Assembly (NCBI GenBank): GCA_964595485.1
Contig: CAZQQN010000006.1
Location: 7,633-71,632, forward strand
Source of the DNA: an uncultured Sphingobacteriales bacterium
Lineage (GTDB): Bacteria > Bacteroidota > Bacteroidia > CAILMK01 > CAYYUA01
Reading direction: 5' to 3'
DNA: 64,000 nucleotides
The notes beneath the pieces are model-generated. The model was not told the DNA's origin. It ran no database searches and was given only the letters and a program-made list of their open reading frames with translations. Each line of letters starts with the position of its first letter. Positions within the stretch are counted from its first letter, which is position 1. The position numbers and the translations under genes were made by a program. Below are positions 38,904-48,759 of this stretch, one piece after another.

Positions 38904-39878
38904 CTAAAGGCCTGTTTTTTGTACTTGTAAAATTGTATGTTTGGGTTGTGACCTGTGAACAAAGGCTACAGCATTAAGGTTTTCCAGCTTCCAATTATCC
39001 TCAACAGTAAAGCGGAAACCTTTGCTGATAACGGTTCGAGCTTCCGGATTTTCCGAAATTCTTTCACCGAGGTAAGGGGTTAAAATTTTCCGCAACACAT
39101 AATCATGCTCGTAATCGGGTACTTTTTTCTGGGGGGTAAGCTGGTAATCAATAATATTGTCTTCCGTAACAGCAACAGTGAGGTTGACCTGCTCGCTTAG
39201 CGCCTTGTGGAAATAAACCTTGATATTCAGTGTTACCTTGTTATCCTTCACAAACTTCTTCATATAGATATTGGCCTTAACTTTATTAAAACGTTCGGGG
39301 CCTTTACTTTCCCATTTCTGATAATCCAGTATTGGCCCATCTTCACCCTGAAACTTGAATCGATCTATCATGCCAGCCGGCTGCGGCGGTTTGCCGAATT
39401 CCTCGTAAAGCGATTGACCCTTCTCGATCCTGTAGTTTTCCTTGCTTTCATCATATGGCCTGGAAAAATTAACGTTTGAATGGATACCGAGGGCTATCAC
39501 TCTATCCCCGTAATCTTTTTTCAGGGATTTGATATTATCAGTAGCTTTAGGACAATTGTTGCAACGAACGCCTGTAAAATCCTCAATGAGAATATTTTTT
39601 TCCTGCCTTGAACTATCAGTTGATGCTTTGTATGTTGTGTCTGTCAATAAAGATTGAATGATAGAATCCGATCTACTTAATGAATCATTTCCTTGTGTGG
39701 AATCATTTCCTTGTGTGGAATCATTTTGGCTTATTTCTTCATTTTCAGGTGGTTCCAGTTGAATATCCGGGCCTTCTTCTTCGCATGAGGTTAAAAAAAA
39801 GATTAACCCTGGAAAAACCAGGAAAACAGTAACGGCTTTTAGTGCCTTTAATGAAAATCCCCTTAAACGAAGTGCCAT
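38904..39878 (-). CDS. Lipoprotein with a thioredoxin-like CxxC motif (Omp28-related-like)
   Basis: 324 aa. Lipobox LTSC. Tandem QGNDSTQGNDS repeat. FTGVRCNNCPKA CxxC element. Confidence 0.45.
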   Translation of the reverse strand: MALRLRGFSLKALKAVTVFLVFPGLIFFLTSCEEEGPDIQLEPPENEEISQNDSTQGNDSTQGNDSLSRSDSIIQSLLTDTTYKASTDSSRQEKNILIEDFTGVRCNNCPKATDNIKSLKKDYGDRVIALGIHSNVNFSRPYDESKENYRIEKGQSLYEEFGKPPQPAGMIDRFKFQGEDGPILDYQKWESKGPERFNKVKANIYMKKFVKDNKVTLNIKVYFHKALSEQVNLTVAVTEDNIIDYQLTPQKKVPDYEHDYVLRKILTPYLGERISENPEARTVISKGFRFTVEDNWKLENLNAVAFVHRSQPKHTILQVQKTGL

Positions 39879-39895
39879 AATTTGTTCTTTTCAGG

Positions 39896-41566
39896 TTAAA
39901 AATTGGTAGTGATGCCAAACTGAGCACCGCTAAAAGCTGGCTCTACACGGCAAACACCACCGGTGCAAACAATACCTTGCACTCGTTTGATATAACCCAA
40001 GGTAAACCGGGTTTGGTTCGCAGTGTACGTCCCTAATACACTGTAATAATGAACCCATGATTGATCATCTAATAGGGCACCATCTCTCCTTGGTTGCGTA
40101 TTGATCATATCTGTAACGGCAAGGGTGTAGTGAGGTGCCAGGCTGAATTCCAGTAAGCCAAAAAAGAAATCTCCCTGATCTTCATCCGTTTTAAGGTATT
40201 GAATTTCAGACCTTAAAGATGCATCGCGGGAAAAATTATACGATACTTCAGCATAAGGAGTTATGGTCCGTACCATGTTAGCACTTGGTTTATTCTGGTA
40301 TACCGTTCGGTCATAATCAACTTGCTGAACACCAATGGTTGTTTTGAAATCGCGACTCCAACGTCTAAAGTAATCAAAATTGATTTCTTTGTAGAGTTTA
40401 TTGCCTGGGTTGTAAACATTTTCGTTCCCTGTCAGTCGCTGGAAACCCACTGTGGGAGCTGATAAAAGTCTTTTATCTTCTCCATCTTTAATGTAAGAGA
40501 GGTTAAGGTTAAAAGTGTTCCCTAAGCTTGGAGAATACTTGATATCAGCTTGGTACCCCTCCTCTCCGAAAAATAAAGTCTGCGGAGCATAACGGCCGGT
40601 TAACCTGCGCTTATGTTGCTTAGCAACAGGTGGCATGTAATTAATACGGCCGCGGAATTGCTGCGCATAAGGCGTGGTCTTTAAAACGTAGGTGCGGTTT
40701 TTACGGTATTGGAAATTTATACCGAAGCCGCTAAGGCTATAATCAATAGTGCTGTAAAGCGTGTAGCCATCACGATTGATAAACTTGTCACCGGCTTTAT
40801 TACGAATAGCCTCCTTGGTTTTACCAGCATATTCAAAGAACCAGGAAAGGTTTTTGAAGTTAAGGGTGTTATAAACACTGTAAGCATATACATTATACTT
40901 CGGGATAAACCGGTCATCGTAATTGCTATAATTCCTGATTTCATTGGCTATATCATCAATGGTCTGGCGGCCGTGGGTCCGGTTAATGAAAGCTGCCCCT
41001 GAAAAAAGCGATAGTTCATCACCAATGTAAAAATCTTTTTCTATGTTGGCACCTGTTAAGACTGACTTGTAATCATCGAAACGTTGCTTTTGCCTGCCGC
41101 TAAAAGCAGTAACCCTGAATTGGTCAGAAAAGTCATATTTTAACCTAACTCCCTGTACTGCATTGTCAATGCCAAGTAAACGGTCCTCATAAGCCCTGAA
41201 AATAATCCCACTTCCAAATTGGTCATAGAAATACCCCCCTGTTATGTTAAGGTCCTCTATATCTTTTGAGATTGAGTAAAAACCAAGCCCTTGTCTATTG
41301 TAAGCTTCCTGGGGATTGAAAACGGGTGAATTGTGGAAAGCGTCTAATCGTGTTGTGAACTTAAATCCTTCCACCCGGTAATTTAGGAGCAACCAACCTT
41401 CTGCGGAAGACAACTGTCTTTTATAATGAGTAGTATTGGTTCCGATTCTTGGATCAGGGTCGTATAAATTACTATTGAATTGAAGATTTCCTGATAATTC
41501 ACCTTGCCCAGCGCTCCAAAAAGGTGTTAGCAATATCAATGCACTTGAAAGTAAAAAAATCCGCAT
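39896..41566 (-). CDS. Outer-membrane beta-barrel protein of unknown function
   Basis: 556 aa. Signal peptide. Alternating hydrophobic/aromatic beta-strand pattern throughout. C-terminal ...GITTNF with terminal Phe, typical of BAM-dependent OMPs. Confidence 0.5.
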   Translation of the reverse strand: MRIFLLSSALILLTPFWSAGQGELSGNLQFNSNLYDPDPRIGTNTTHYKRQLSSAEGWLLLNYRVEGFKFTTRLDAFHNSPVFNPQEAYNRQGLGFYSISKDIEDLNITGGYFYDQFGSGIIFRAYEDRLLGIDNAVQGVRLKYDFSDQFRVTAFSGRQKQRFDDYKSVLTGANIEKDFYIGDELSLFSGAAFINRTHGRQTIDDIANEIRNYSNYDDRFIPKYNVYAYSVYNTLNFKNLSWFFEYAGKTKEAIRNKAGDKFINRDGYTLYSTIDYSLSGFGINFQYRKNRTYVLKTTPYAQQFRGRINYMPPVAKQHKRRLTGRYAPQTLFFGEEGYQADIKYSPSLGNTFNLNLSYIKDGEDKRLLSAPTVGFQRLTGNENVYNPGNKLYKEINFDYFRRWSRDFKTTIGVQQVDYDRTVYQNKPSANMVRTITPYAEVSYNFSRDASLRSEIQYLKTDEDQGDFFFGLLEFSLAPHYTLAVTDMINTQPRRDGALLDDQSWVHYYSVLGTYTANQTRFTLGYIKRVQGIVCTGGVCRVEPAFSGAQFGITTNF

Positions 41567-41656
41567 ATCAAATATGCTTTTTTGAGGCTACATTAACCAC
41601 AGACAGATGGATTTTTTCAAAGGAAAGGCATTTTTCGTAAAATTGGTTGGGATTAG

Positions 41657-42364
41657 TTAAATCAATCCTTCATCGTTAAAACTGAAATAGCTACCGCCAG
41701 CAAATATCAGGTGGTCAAGCACTTTAATTTCCATGTTTTCACCGGCTTGTTTGAGCTTATTGGTAAGCTCCTTATCAGCTTCACTAGGTTTGTTGGTGCC
41801 TGATGGATGGTTATGACAAAGAATAATGGATGATGCTAACTCCTCTAAGGCTATTTTGAATACAATCTTGGGATCAACAACGGTACCCGAAACGCCGCCC
41901 TTACTGATGTTTTCTTTTTTAATAAGATTGTTTCCCCTGTCTAGTAATAAAATGTAGAATCGTTCATCTGATTTATCAGCTAAGTAAGGGTATATTGTTT
42001 CGTACACTTTGTTGCTGCTATCAATTTTAATTTTATCTTCTCCTGCTTCATTTTTCCGCCTTCTACCCAACTCAAGGGCTGCAGCAATGCTTATGGCCTT
42101 AGCCTTGCCAATTCCCGGGATTTCTGTAAGCTGATTGATTGAGAATTTTCCTACCTTTTGGAGGTTACCATCGGCTTTATTTAAAAGTGTTTTAGCTACT
42201 TCAACAGCCGATTTATTTTTAGTGCCGGAGCCAATTAAAATGGCTAACAATTCGGCTTTTGTCAAAGCTTGATAGCCATTGAGCATCAATTTTTCCCTTG
42301 GACGGTCTTCTTCAGACCAATCCTTGATGCCTAAATTTTTGTCATATGCTTGGCCAGCCACCAA
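41657..42364 (-). CDS. radC: RadC-family JAB/MPN domain protein
   Basis: 235 aa. N-terminal helix-hairpin-helix. JAMM motif ILCHNHPSGTNKPSEAD. Confidence 0.85.
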   Translation of the reverse strand: MVAGQAYDKNLGIKDWSEEDRPREKLMLNGYQALTKAELLAILIGSGTKNKSAVEVAKTLLNKADGNLQKVGKFSINQLTEIPGIGKAKAISIAAALELGRRRKNEAGEDKIKIDSSNKVYETIYPYLADKSDERFYILLLDRGNNLIKKENISKGGVSGTVVDPKIVFKIALEELASSIILCHNHPSGTNKPSEADKELTNKLKQAGENMEIKVLDHLIFAGGSYFSFNDEGLI

Positions 42365-42373
42365 GTTTTCATT

Positions 42374-42628
42374 TTAAGAAAGGTTATTTACTTGCTTCCT
42401 GAGCTTGGATTTCAGGTTATTGGCTTTGTTCTTATGGATTATGTTCCGTTTAGCTAACCGGTCTAAACGCGAAGCTACCGTATTAAACCACTTTTCAGCT
42501 TCTTTTTTATCAGTCATAACACGCAATTTTTTGACAGAGTTACGAGCTGTTTTTTTGTAATAATGGTTATGACTTTTCTTTTTCACATTTTCTCTTAATC
42601 TCTTCTCTGCTGATGGATAATTCGGCAT
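42374..42628 (-). CDS. rpsT: 30S ribosomal protein S20
   Basis: Basic alpha-helical 84-aa protein. The AEKRLR...KKTARNSVKKLR...LDRLAKRNIIHKNKANNLKSKL pattern matches S20. The start is taken at the internal Met (MPNYPSAEKR). Confidence 0.75.
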   Translation of the reverse strand: MPNYPSAEKRLRENVKKKSHNHYYKKTARNSVKKLRVMTDKKEAEKWFNTVASRLDRLAKRNIIHKNKANNLKSKLRKQVNNLS

Positions 42629-42866
42629 ATCGCTATATTTAGGTTTTTGTACCACTGCAAAATTAAGGGTTTTAAATGAAATACTAAAATTACCCCATTT
42701 AACCCTTTATAAGCCAAAAAGAAACTTGGTCAAAATATGACGATAGAAAATCCAATGTTAACCTTGCCATCTTTGAGAACCCATTAGCTTTTAGTGTGGC
42801 TAATAAATAGACCTGCTATTTCACTCATACTAAATCTGGGAAAAAGATTACTTACCAGAAAGCTTT

Positions 42867-43394
42867 TTATTTTCCACCTTCATTTTTCAAGGCTTTAATC
42901 TTATCTTTTAGTTTGTACTCATCCCCTTCTTTGTACCCGGAATGTTTGTAAACAATTTTTCCTTCTTTGTCGATAAGCATAGAGTAAGGGACAGCAGCAA
43001 AATTTAACTCCCGTTTAGTCTTATTATTAACATCAAGTAAAACATCAAACTTCCAGCGTTCACCTTTTACAAAAGATTCTACTTTCCTTGATGTCCTCGA
43101 GTCGTCAAGTGAAACAGCAACAACCTCCACGTCAAAATTTTTTTTCCAGTCCGGCAACAGGTATTTCAAATTACTAAGCTCTTTTTTGCAGGGTTTACAC
43201 CAGGTAGCCCAAAAGGATACGATGGTAAACTTATCATTCTTAGCATAAGCGTTTAGGTTTTTGGATTCTCCATCAAGGGTTTTTAGATCTATTGAAGGCA
43301 TTTGGCTTTTATCGTTTTTTTCCTTCTCCTGTTCCTGGGCTAACGCAGCTATGGATAGAAGTGCTAAGCATAAAAAGCTAATCAAGTTTTTCAT
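42867..43394 (-). CDS. TlpA-like periplasmic thiol:disulfide oxidoreductase (redoxin family)
   Basis: 175 aa. Signal peptide. WATWCKPCKKE thioredoxin active site. Confidence 0.85.
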   Translation of the reverse strand: MKNLISFLCLALLSIAALAQEQEKEKNDKSQMPSIDLKTLDGESKNLNAYAKNDKFTIVSFWATWCKPCKKELSNLKYLLPDWKKNFDVEVVAVSLDDSRTSRKVESFVKGERWKFDVLLDVNNKTKRELNFAAVPYSMLIDKEGKIVYKHSGYKEGDEYKLKDKIKALKNEGGK

Positions 43395-43497
43395 GTTTTA
43401 AACATTTTTTCGAAGTGATTAAAAAGATACCATATTAGTAGGCCCGCTGGATAGCGGGTTTTACTTTTTTCACAAAGCTTAAACAAAATAAATGAAG

Positions 43498-44619
43498 CTA
43501 AAGATTACCTCGCTTTTGCTGCTCACGCTCAATGGCTTCAAAAAGGGCTTTAAAATTACCTTTCCCAAAAGATTTGGCTCCTTTTCGTTGGATGACCTCA
43601 AAGAACAACGTTGGGCGAGGTTCTATTGGCAGAGTGAAAATTTGCAGCATATAGCCTTCATCATCCCTGTCGACAAGGATGCCCTCTTTTTTAAGATCTT
43701 CAACCCTTTCATCGATATGGCCAACACGGTCTAACAGGTCATCGTAATAGGTGTCCGGGACGCGGATAAATTCAATTCCTCTCTTTTTCATTTCCTTTAC
43801 AGTGCTCAGTATATCGTCTGTAGCAAGTGCGATATGTTGTACGCCCGGGCCGTTGTTATATTCGAGAAATTCCTCAATCTGGGATTTTTTCTTTCCTTCA
43901 GCGGGTTCATTAATAGGGAATTTAACAAAACCATTCCCGTTAGTCATCACCTTACTCATCAAAGCAGAGTATTCGGTTGAAATATCCTGATCATCAAACG
44001 AGAGTAAGTTTGTGAAACCCATCACATCAGCATAAAAATCGACCCATTTATCCATATGGCCAAGCGGGACGTTACCAACGCAATGGTCAACGTGTTTGAA
44101 ACCAACCTCTTCTGGCTTATAAATGGTGTTCCATTCTTTGAATCCTGGCATGAAAGTGCCATTGTATTCGTTCCGCTCAACAAAAACGTGAACCACATCT
44201 CCGTACGTATGAATACCTGATAATCTTACTTTTCCGTTATCATCATCAATGGTAGTCGGTTCCATGTAGGGTTCACCGCCCCTTTTAGTGGTTTCATTAA
44301 AGGAATATTCGGCATCATCCACTAACATTCCATAAGCTTTTACAGCATCACCGTGTTCCTTTATAAAATCTGATATTTCACTGTCTTTTTCAAGAGGGGA
44401 TGTGAGAATAAGTTTAACTTTACTTTGTTTAACAACATAGGAAACCCTATCATGAACACCTGTTTCAGGCCCGGAGTATGCAAGTGGTTGAAAGCCAAAG
44501 GCGGTTTGGTAAAAATGGGCTGCTTGCTTACAGTTACTGACATAAAATTCAATGTAATCTGTTCCCTGTATAGGCAAGAAGTCTACATCCTGTCCTTCTT
44601 TTGCTACTAATTGTTCCAT
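43498..44619 (-). CDS. hppD: 4-hydroxyphenylpyruvate dioxygenase
   Basis: 373 aa. Two VOC/glyoxalase-like modules. The ...FFEVIQRKGAKSFGKGNFKALFEAIEREQ C-terminus is typical of HPPD. Confidence 0.9.
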   Translation of the reverse strand: MEQLVAKEGQDVDFLPIQGTDYIEFYVSNCKQAAHFYQTAFGFQPLAYSGPETGVHDRVSYVVKQSKVKLILTSPLEKDSEISDFIKEHGDAVKAYGMLVDDAEYSFNETTKRGGEPYMEPTTIDDDNGKVRLSGIHTYGDVVHVFVERNEYNGTFMPGFKEWNTIYKPEEVGFKHVDHCVGNVPLGHMDKWVDFYADVMGFTNLLSFDDQDISTEYSALMSKVMTNGNGFVKFPINEPAEGKKKSQIEEFLEYNNGPGVQHIALATDDILSTVKEMKKRGIEFIRVPDTYYDDLLDRVGHIDERVEDLKKEGILVDRDDEGYMLQIFTLPIEPRPTLFFEVIQRKGAKSFGKGNFKALFEAIEREQQKRGNL

Positions 44620-44652
44620 AATCCAATATTTTTTTGTTAATCAAATTTTTAA

Positions 44653-45828
44653 TTACTGACTCTTTTTATTTTCCTCAGCAAGCCAGCTTTGGTAATATTC
44701 CTTGAATTCAGTAGTTAAAGCCTCCTCAGTAATCCAAAGCGGCCTGAAAGTATCCACCATGACCGCTAATTCCTCGGTAGCTTCCTTCCCTATGCTTGCT
44801 TCAGCACTTCCCGGATGTGGTCCATGAGGAATGCCTTGCGGATGTAAACTAATCATCCCTTTTTCTACGTGTTTACGACTCATGAAATTCCCTGCCACAT
44901 AATAAAGGACTTCATCCGAATCCACGTTGCTGTGGGTGTAAGGTGCCGGTATAGCTTCCGGATGATAATCGAACATACGGGGACAGAAGGAGCAAATAAC
45001 GTAATTATTGGCTTCAAAAGTTTGGTGAACGGGGGGTGGCTGGTGAATCCTACCAGTGATAGGCTCAAAATCATGAATAGAAAAGCCGTAAGGATAGGCG
45101 TATCCATCCCAACCTACTACATCAAATGGATGCGTTGCGTAAACATAGGGATAGATTTCATCGTATTTTTTTATCCTGATCTCAAAATCACCAACTTCAT
45201 CATAAGTTTCGAGATCTCTAGGTTTTTTGATATCCCGCTCACAATAGGGTGAGTGCTCCATAAACTGCCCGAATTCATTCAAATACTTTTTGGGTGGACG
45301 CACATGAGTTGCTGATTCAAGGTATAGAATGCGGTTCTCTTCGTCATTGAATTCAAGCTGATAAATGGTACCCCTTGGAATTACTAAGTAATCGCCATAT
45401 TCAAACGGGATCCGGCCAAACATGGTCTTGAGATTGCCTTCCCCTTGGTGGATGAATAAGACCTCATCACAATTGGCATTTTTGTAAAAATAATCCTTCA
45501 TGGATTTTTTAGGCGCTGCCACTCCTAATTTGACATCATTGTTAAGCAAAAGGGTTTTACGGCTGTCCAAAAAATCATCCACTGGGTCTACCTGAAAACT
45601 CATGAAGGCCCGGTGTTGCATATTATTTTTCAAAGCAATATTGGGGCTAACGTCCACCGGATCATATACTTCCCGAACCTGCGTGGGCCTTTGAACATGA
45701 TAGGTCAATGAACTTATATTAGAAAATCCTTCTGTTGAAATCAACTGCTCAGGGTAAAGCTCTCCATTGGGTTGTCTGAAAACAGTATGTCGCTTATGGG
45801 GTATTTTTCCTAATGTGTAGTAATGCAT
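44653..45828 (-). CDS. hmgA: Homogentisate 1,2-dioxygenase
   Basis: 391 aa cupin-fold protein with HGD-like conserved His/Glu. Adjacent to hppD, forming a tyrosine catabolic pair. Confidence 0.85.
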   Translation of the reverse strand: MHYYTLGKIPHKRHTVFRQPNGELYPEQLISTEGFSNISSLTYHVQRPTQVREVYDPVDVSPNIALKNNMQHRAFMSFQVDPVDDFLDSRKTLLLNNDVKLGVAAPKKSMKDYFYKNANCDEVLFIHQGEGNLKTMFGRIPFEYGDYLVIPRGTIYQLEFNDEENRILYLESATHVRPPKKYLNEFGQFMEHSPYCERDIKKPRDLETYDEVGDFEIRIKKYDEIYPYVYATHPFDVVGWDGYAYPYGFSIHDFEPITGRIHQPPPVHQTFEANNYVICSFCPRMFDYHPEAIPAPYTHSNVDSDEVLYYVAGNFMSRKHVEKGMISLHPQGIPHGPHPGSAEASIGKEATEELAVMVDTFRPLWITEEALTTEFKEYYQSWLAEENKKSQ

Positions 45829-45915
45829 ATTTCGTTATTTTTTATTGTCGCAATCTAATTTTCTAATTTACAAAGGCTCAGCTAAATAGCCAAGGTTAAA
45901 AAACATAAGGTTTCC

Positions 45916-48135
45916 CTAAAACTGGATATCCTCACTTTCTTGATCTTCATTTTTTTCAAATTTTTTGCAATCAATTTCAACAGGAAGTTCTTTTTGTGGT
46001 TCCTCGAACTTTTGTTTAGAAACATCCAGCCCATCGTCTGCATAACATTTCTTCATAAATTTAGCCCATAAAGGTAGGGCCATGTTAGCACCCTGGCCAA
46101 GTTTTATACTTCTGAAACTGATGCTCCTGTTAGTTCCGCCAACCCAAACGCCACTCGTCAGGTTAGGTACGGAACCAAGGAACCACCCGTCAGATTGGTT
46201 TTGAGTGGTTCCGGTTTTTCCAGCTATTGGATTTTTAAAGTTGTATTTATAGCGTAAGCGAACAGCTGTCCCATTATTAACAACATGTTTGAGCATATCC
46301 AGCATAATGTAATTAGTTACCTCCTTCAAGACTTCCCTATTTTTCCCTATAAACTTCTCAAGGACATTACCATTTTTGTCCTCAATCTTGGTTAAATAGT
46401 TAGGTTCACGCCAAACTCCTTTGTTGGCATAGGTGTTAAAAGCTGATACCATCTCAAATACAGAAATGTCTGTTGTTCCTAAAGCTATCGAAGGGTATGC
46501 TTTCATGGGGCTCTCAATCCCCATGTCTCTTGCGATATTAACAACCGATTCAGGCGAAACGCGCTTGATAAGGCGGGCAGTCAAGCAATTGATCGATTTA
46601 CCCAAACCATCTTTAATCGGAATCATACCGCCATATTCACCTGTAGCATTTTTAGGGGACCAATTATCATAATTTTCGAAGACTATGGGTGTGTTGGGTA
46701 TCTCCATACAAGGAGAAAAACCCTCATCAACAGCTTTCGTATAGACGAAAGGTTTGAATGTTGAGCCGACCTGTCTTTTGGCTCCTTTATGGACATGGTC
46801 ATATTTGAAATGCTTGAAATTGACACCGCCTACCCAAGCTTTCACTTTTCCGTTAGAAGGCCTCATAGCCATAAAACCTGCATGCAGGAAGTATTTATAA
46901 TATTTTATTGAGTCAATGGGGGACATAACAGTATCCTTTGGCCCATCGTAGGAAAAGACCGTCATTTTCTGAGGCTTTTTAAAAACTGCCATGATAGAAT
47001 CATTGGATAGTCCTTTTTCCTTCAGCTTTTTGTATCGATCTGATTTCTTAACAGCCTCACCAATTATATCGGAGTCTTTACCCCACGGAGACCCGTGTCC
47101 TTCCCAGTGACTGAAGAACTTATCTTGAAGTTGGCTCATATGTTCCCGAGTGGCTTGCTGAGCATACTTTTGCATTTTACTGTTAATGGTTGTATGGATC
47201 TTTAAGCCATCGGTGTAAAGGTTGTACCCATTTTGCTTACACCACTTGTCCAATTCTTGCCTGAGGTGCGATCGGAAATATCGAGCATCTCCCCTGGTAT
47301 GGCTTTCAACATTGTATTTAAGCTTTATTTCTTGGGCTTTAAGCGAATCGTATTGCTCCTTGGTAAGATAATTGTGCTTAACCATTTGATGTAAAACCAC
47401 ATTGCGCCTCTTTTTTGAATTTTTCGGGTTATAAACAGGTGAATAAAGCCGCGTAGCTTTAAGTGCCCCTACTAAAACTGATGCTTCTTCTGGTTTTAGT
47501 GCTTTTGGGCTTTTATTGAAAAAAGTGTTTGAAGCCGCTTGGATGCCATACGTATTACTACCAAATGAAACGGTATTGAAGTACATTTGGATGATTTCTT
47601 CCTTGGTATAATATCGTTCCAGACGTGCTGCTATAATCCATTCCTTACTTTTACGAACGATGATTTCAGACCATGTACTGAAATCTTGCCTCGGAAAAAG
47701 GTTTTTAGCCAATTGTTGGGTAATTGTACTACCCCCGCCTGCGCCCTCCTGGCCCAGTAAAATTCGGTAGAAAAACACCCTGAAAAGCGCAATGAAATCA
47801 ATACCGGGATGCTTGTAAAAACGAGCATCTTCCGTGGCAATCAAAGCATTCACTAAGTGGGGGCTTAGATCGTCAAAAGCAACATTGGATCTATTTTGGG
47901 TGAAGTATTTTCCCAGTAGTTCACCATCCTGGGAATAAACCTTAGATGCTAAGTTGGTCTCAGGGTTTTCCAATTGTTGGGTTGAAGGTAAATCCCCAAA
48001 CCATTCATTAGCAATTCCTACCAGGAAAAGCACTAAACTAAAGAAAATGACTAGTAAGAAGGTCCATAAATAAAGCGTATACTTTTTAAAGGAGATGCTG
48101 TTTTTCTTAAGTTGCTGTTTTTTTGATTGAACCAT
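45916..48135 (-). CDS. mrcA: Class A penicillin-binding protein 1A (glycosyltransferase + transpeptidase)
   Basis: 739 aa. N-terminal TM anchor. GT51 motifs (EDARFYKHPGID, GGSTITQQL). Transpeptidase SxxK (STFKP), SxN and KTG (KTGTT). Confidence 0.9.
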   Translation of the reverse strand: MVQSKKQQLKKNSISFKKYTLYLWTFLLVIFFSLVLFLVGIANEWFGDLPSTQQLENPETNLASKVYSQDGELLGKYFTQNRSNVAFDDLSPHLVNALIATEDARFYKHPGIDFIALFRVFFYRILLGQEGAGGGSTITQQLAKNLFPRQDFSTWSEIIVRKSKEWIIAARLERYYTKEEIIQMYFNTVSFGSNTYGIQAASNTFFNKSPKALKPEEASVLVGALKATRLYSPVYNPKNSKKRRNVVLHQMVKHNYLTKEQYDSLKAQEIKLKYNVESHTRGDARYFRSHLRQELDKWCKQNGYNLYTDGLKIHTTINSKMQKYAQQATREHMSQLQDKFFSHWEGHGSPWGKDSDIIGEAVKKSDRYKKLKEKGLSNDSIMAVFKKPQKMTVFSYDGPKDTVMSPIDSIKYYKYFLHAGFMAMRPSNGKVKAWVGGVNFKHFKYDHVHKGAKRQVGSTFKPFVYTKAVDEGFSPCMEIPNTPIVFENYDNWSPKNATGEYGGMIPIKDGLGKSINCLTARLIKRVSPESVVNIARDMGIESPMKAYPSIALGTTDISVFEMVSAFNTYANKGVWREPNYLTKIEDKNGNVLEKFIGKNREVLKEVTNYIMLDMLKHVVNNGTAVRLRYKYNFKNPIAGKTGTTQNQSDGWFLGSVPNLTSGVWVGGTNRSISFRSIKLGQGANMALPLWAKFMKKCYADDGLDVSKQKFEEPQKELPVEIDCKKFEKNEDQESEDIQF

Positions 48136-48146
48136 TAAGCCGGGGC

Positions 48147-48746
48147 TTATCTTTTTGCTTCCAGGTATTCTTGTTTGAAAAACTCCTCGTAAAGGGGCAG
48201 TTTTTTATTCTTAATCACCTTTTTGTAATTATTGATATTAGCAACGAAGTGGTTTGGTGAATTAATACCCAGTTTTTTAATCAGCTTGTCATCGTTGCCA
48301 ACGCTTTCCAGGTAGTTAAGGGCTTGTGTTTTGTTTTTAAAATCCCTTATTATAATCATACGCTTTGTCTCTCCGTACATCAGAGTTGTAATATTCAAAT
48401 TTAAGAACTTGTAATATTCAGCGTTGTAATCTGAGAACTCCTCTTGAATCTTTCGGGTGTTATTGTTCTTCAAAGAAACAACAATGAAATAAAGGTGTGG
48501 CTTTTCAGCTTTTTGACTAAAAGGGAAATCTTTTTCTTCACCGCCAGTGGACACCTTTTCCCCTTTATTAGCAACTAGAAAGTTGTAGACATTCTGAGCA
48601 TGGTTTACCGTTTGTTTTTTATTGGGATAGGCTTCTATGAATTCCTTTAGTTTTTGTTTGAAAGCCTTTTTGGTATCTTGATTCTTCCCTTCGCATAAAA
48701 TGGTAAGGTATTCAAATTTGTGTTTTAAGTAGTTCGCTTCAAACAT
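48147..48746 (-). CDS. Hypothetical cytoplasmic protein (no recognisable domain)
   Basis: About 199 aa from the internal Met (MFEANYL...), which avoids overlapping the upstream TPR gene. Downstream of the TPR lipoprotein gene and upstream of PBP1A on the same strand. Confidence 0.4.
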   Translation of the reverse strand: MFEANYLKHKFEYLTILCEGKNQDTKKAFKQKLKEFIEAYPNKKQTVNHAQNVYNFLVANKGEKVSTGGEEKDFPFSQKAEKPHLYFIVVSLKNNNTRKIQEEFSDYNAEYYKFLNLNITTLMYGETKRMIIIRDFKNKTQALNYLESVGNDDKLIKKLGINSPNHFVANINNYKKVIKNKKLPLYEEFFKQEYLEAKR

Positions 48747-48759
48747 TGAGTCTGCTTTT

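Noticed and set aside
44869-45252. 127-aa ORF antisense to hmgA
   Set aside because: Embedded antisense to a conserved dioxygenase gene. Likely spurious.
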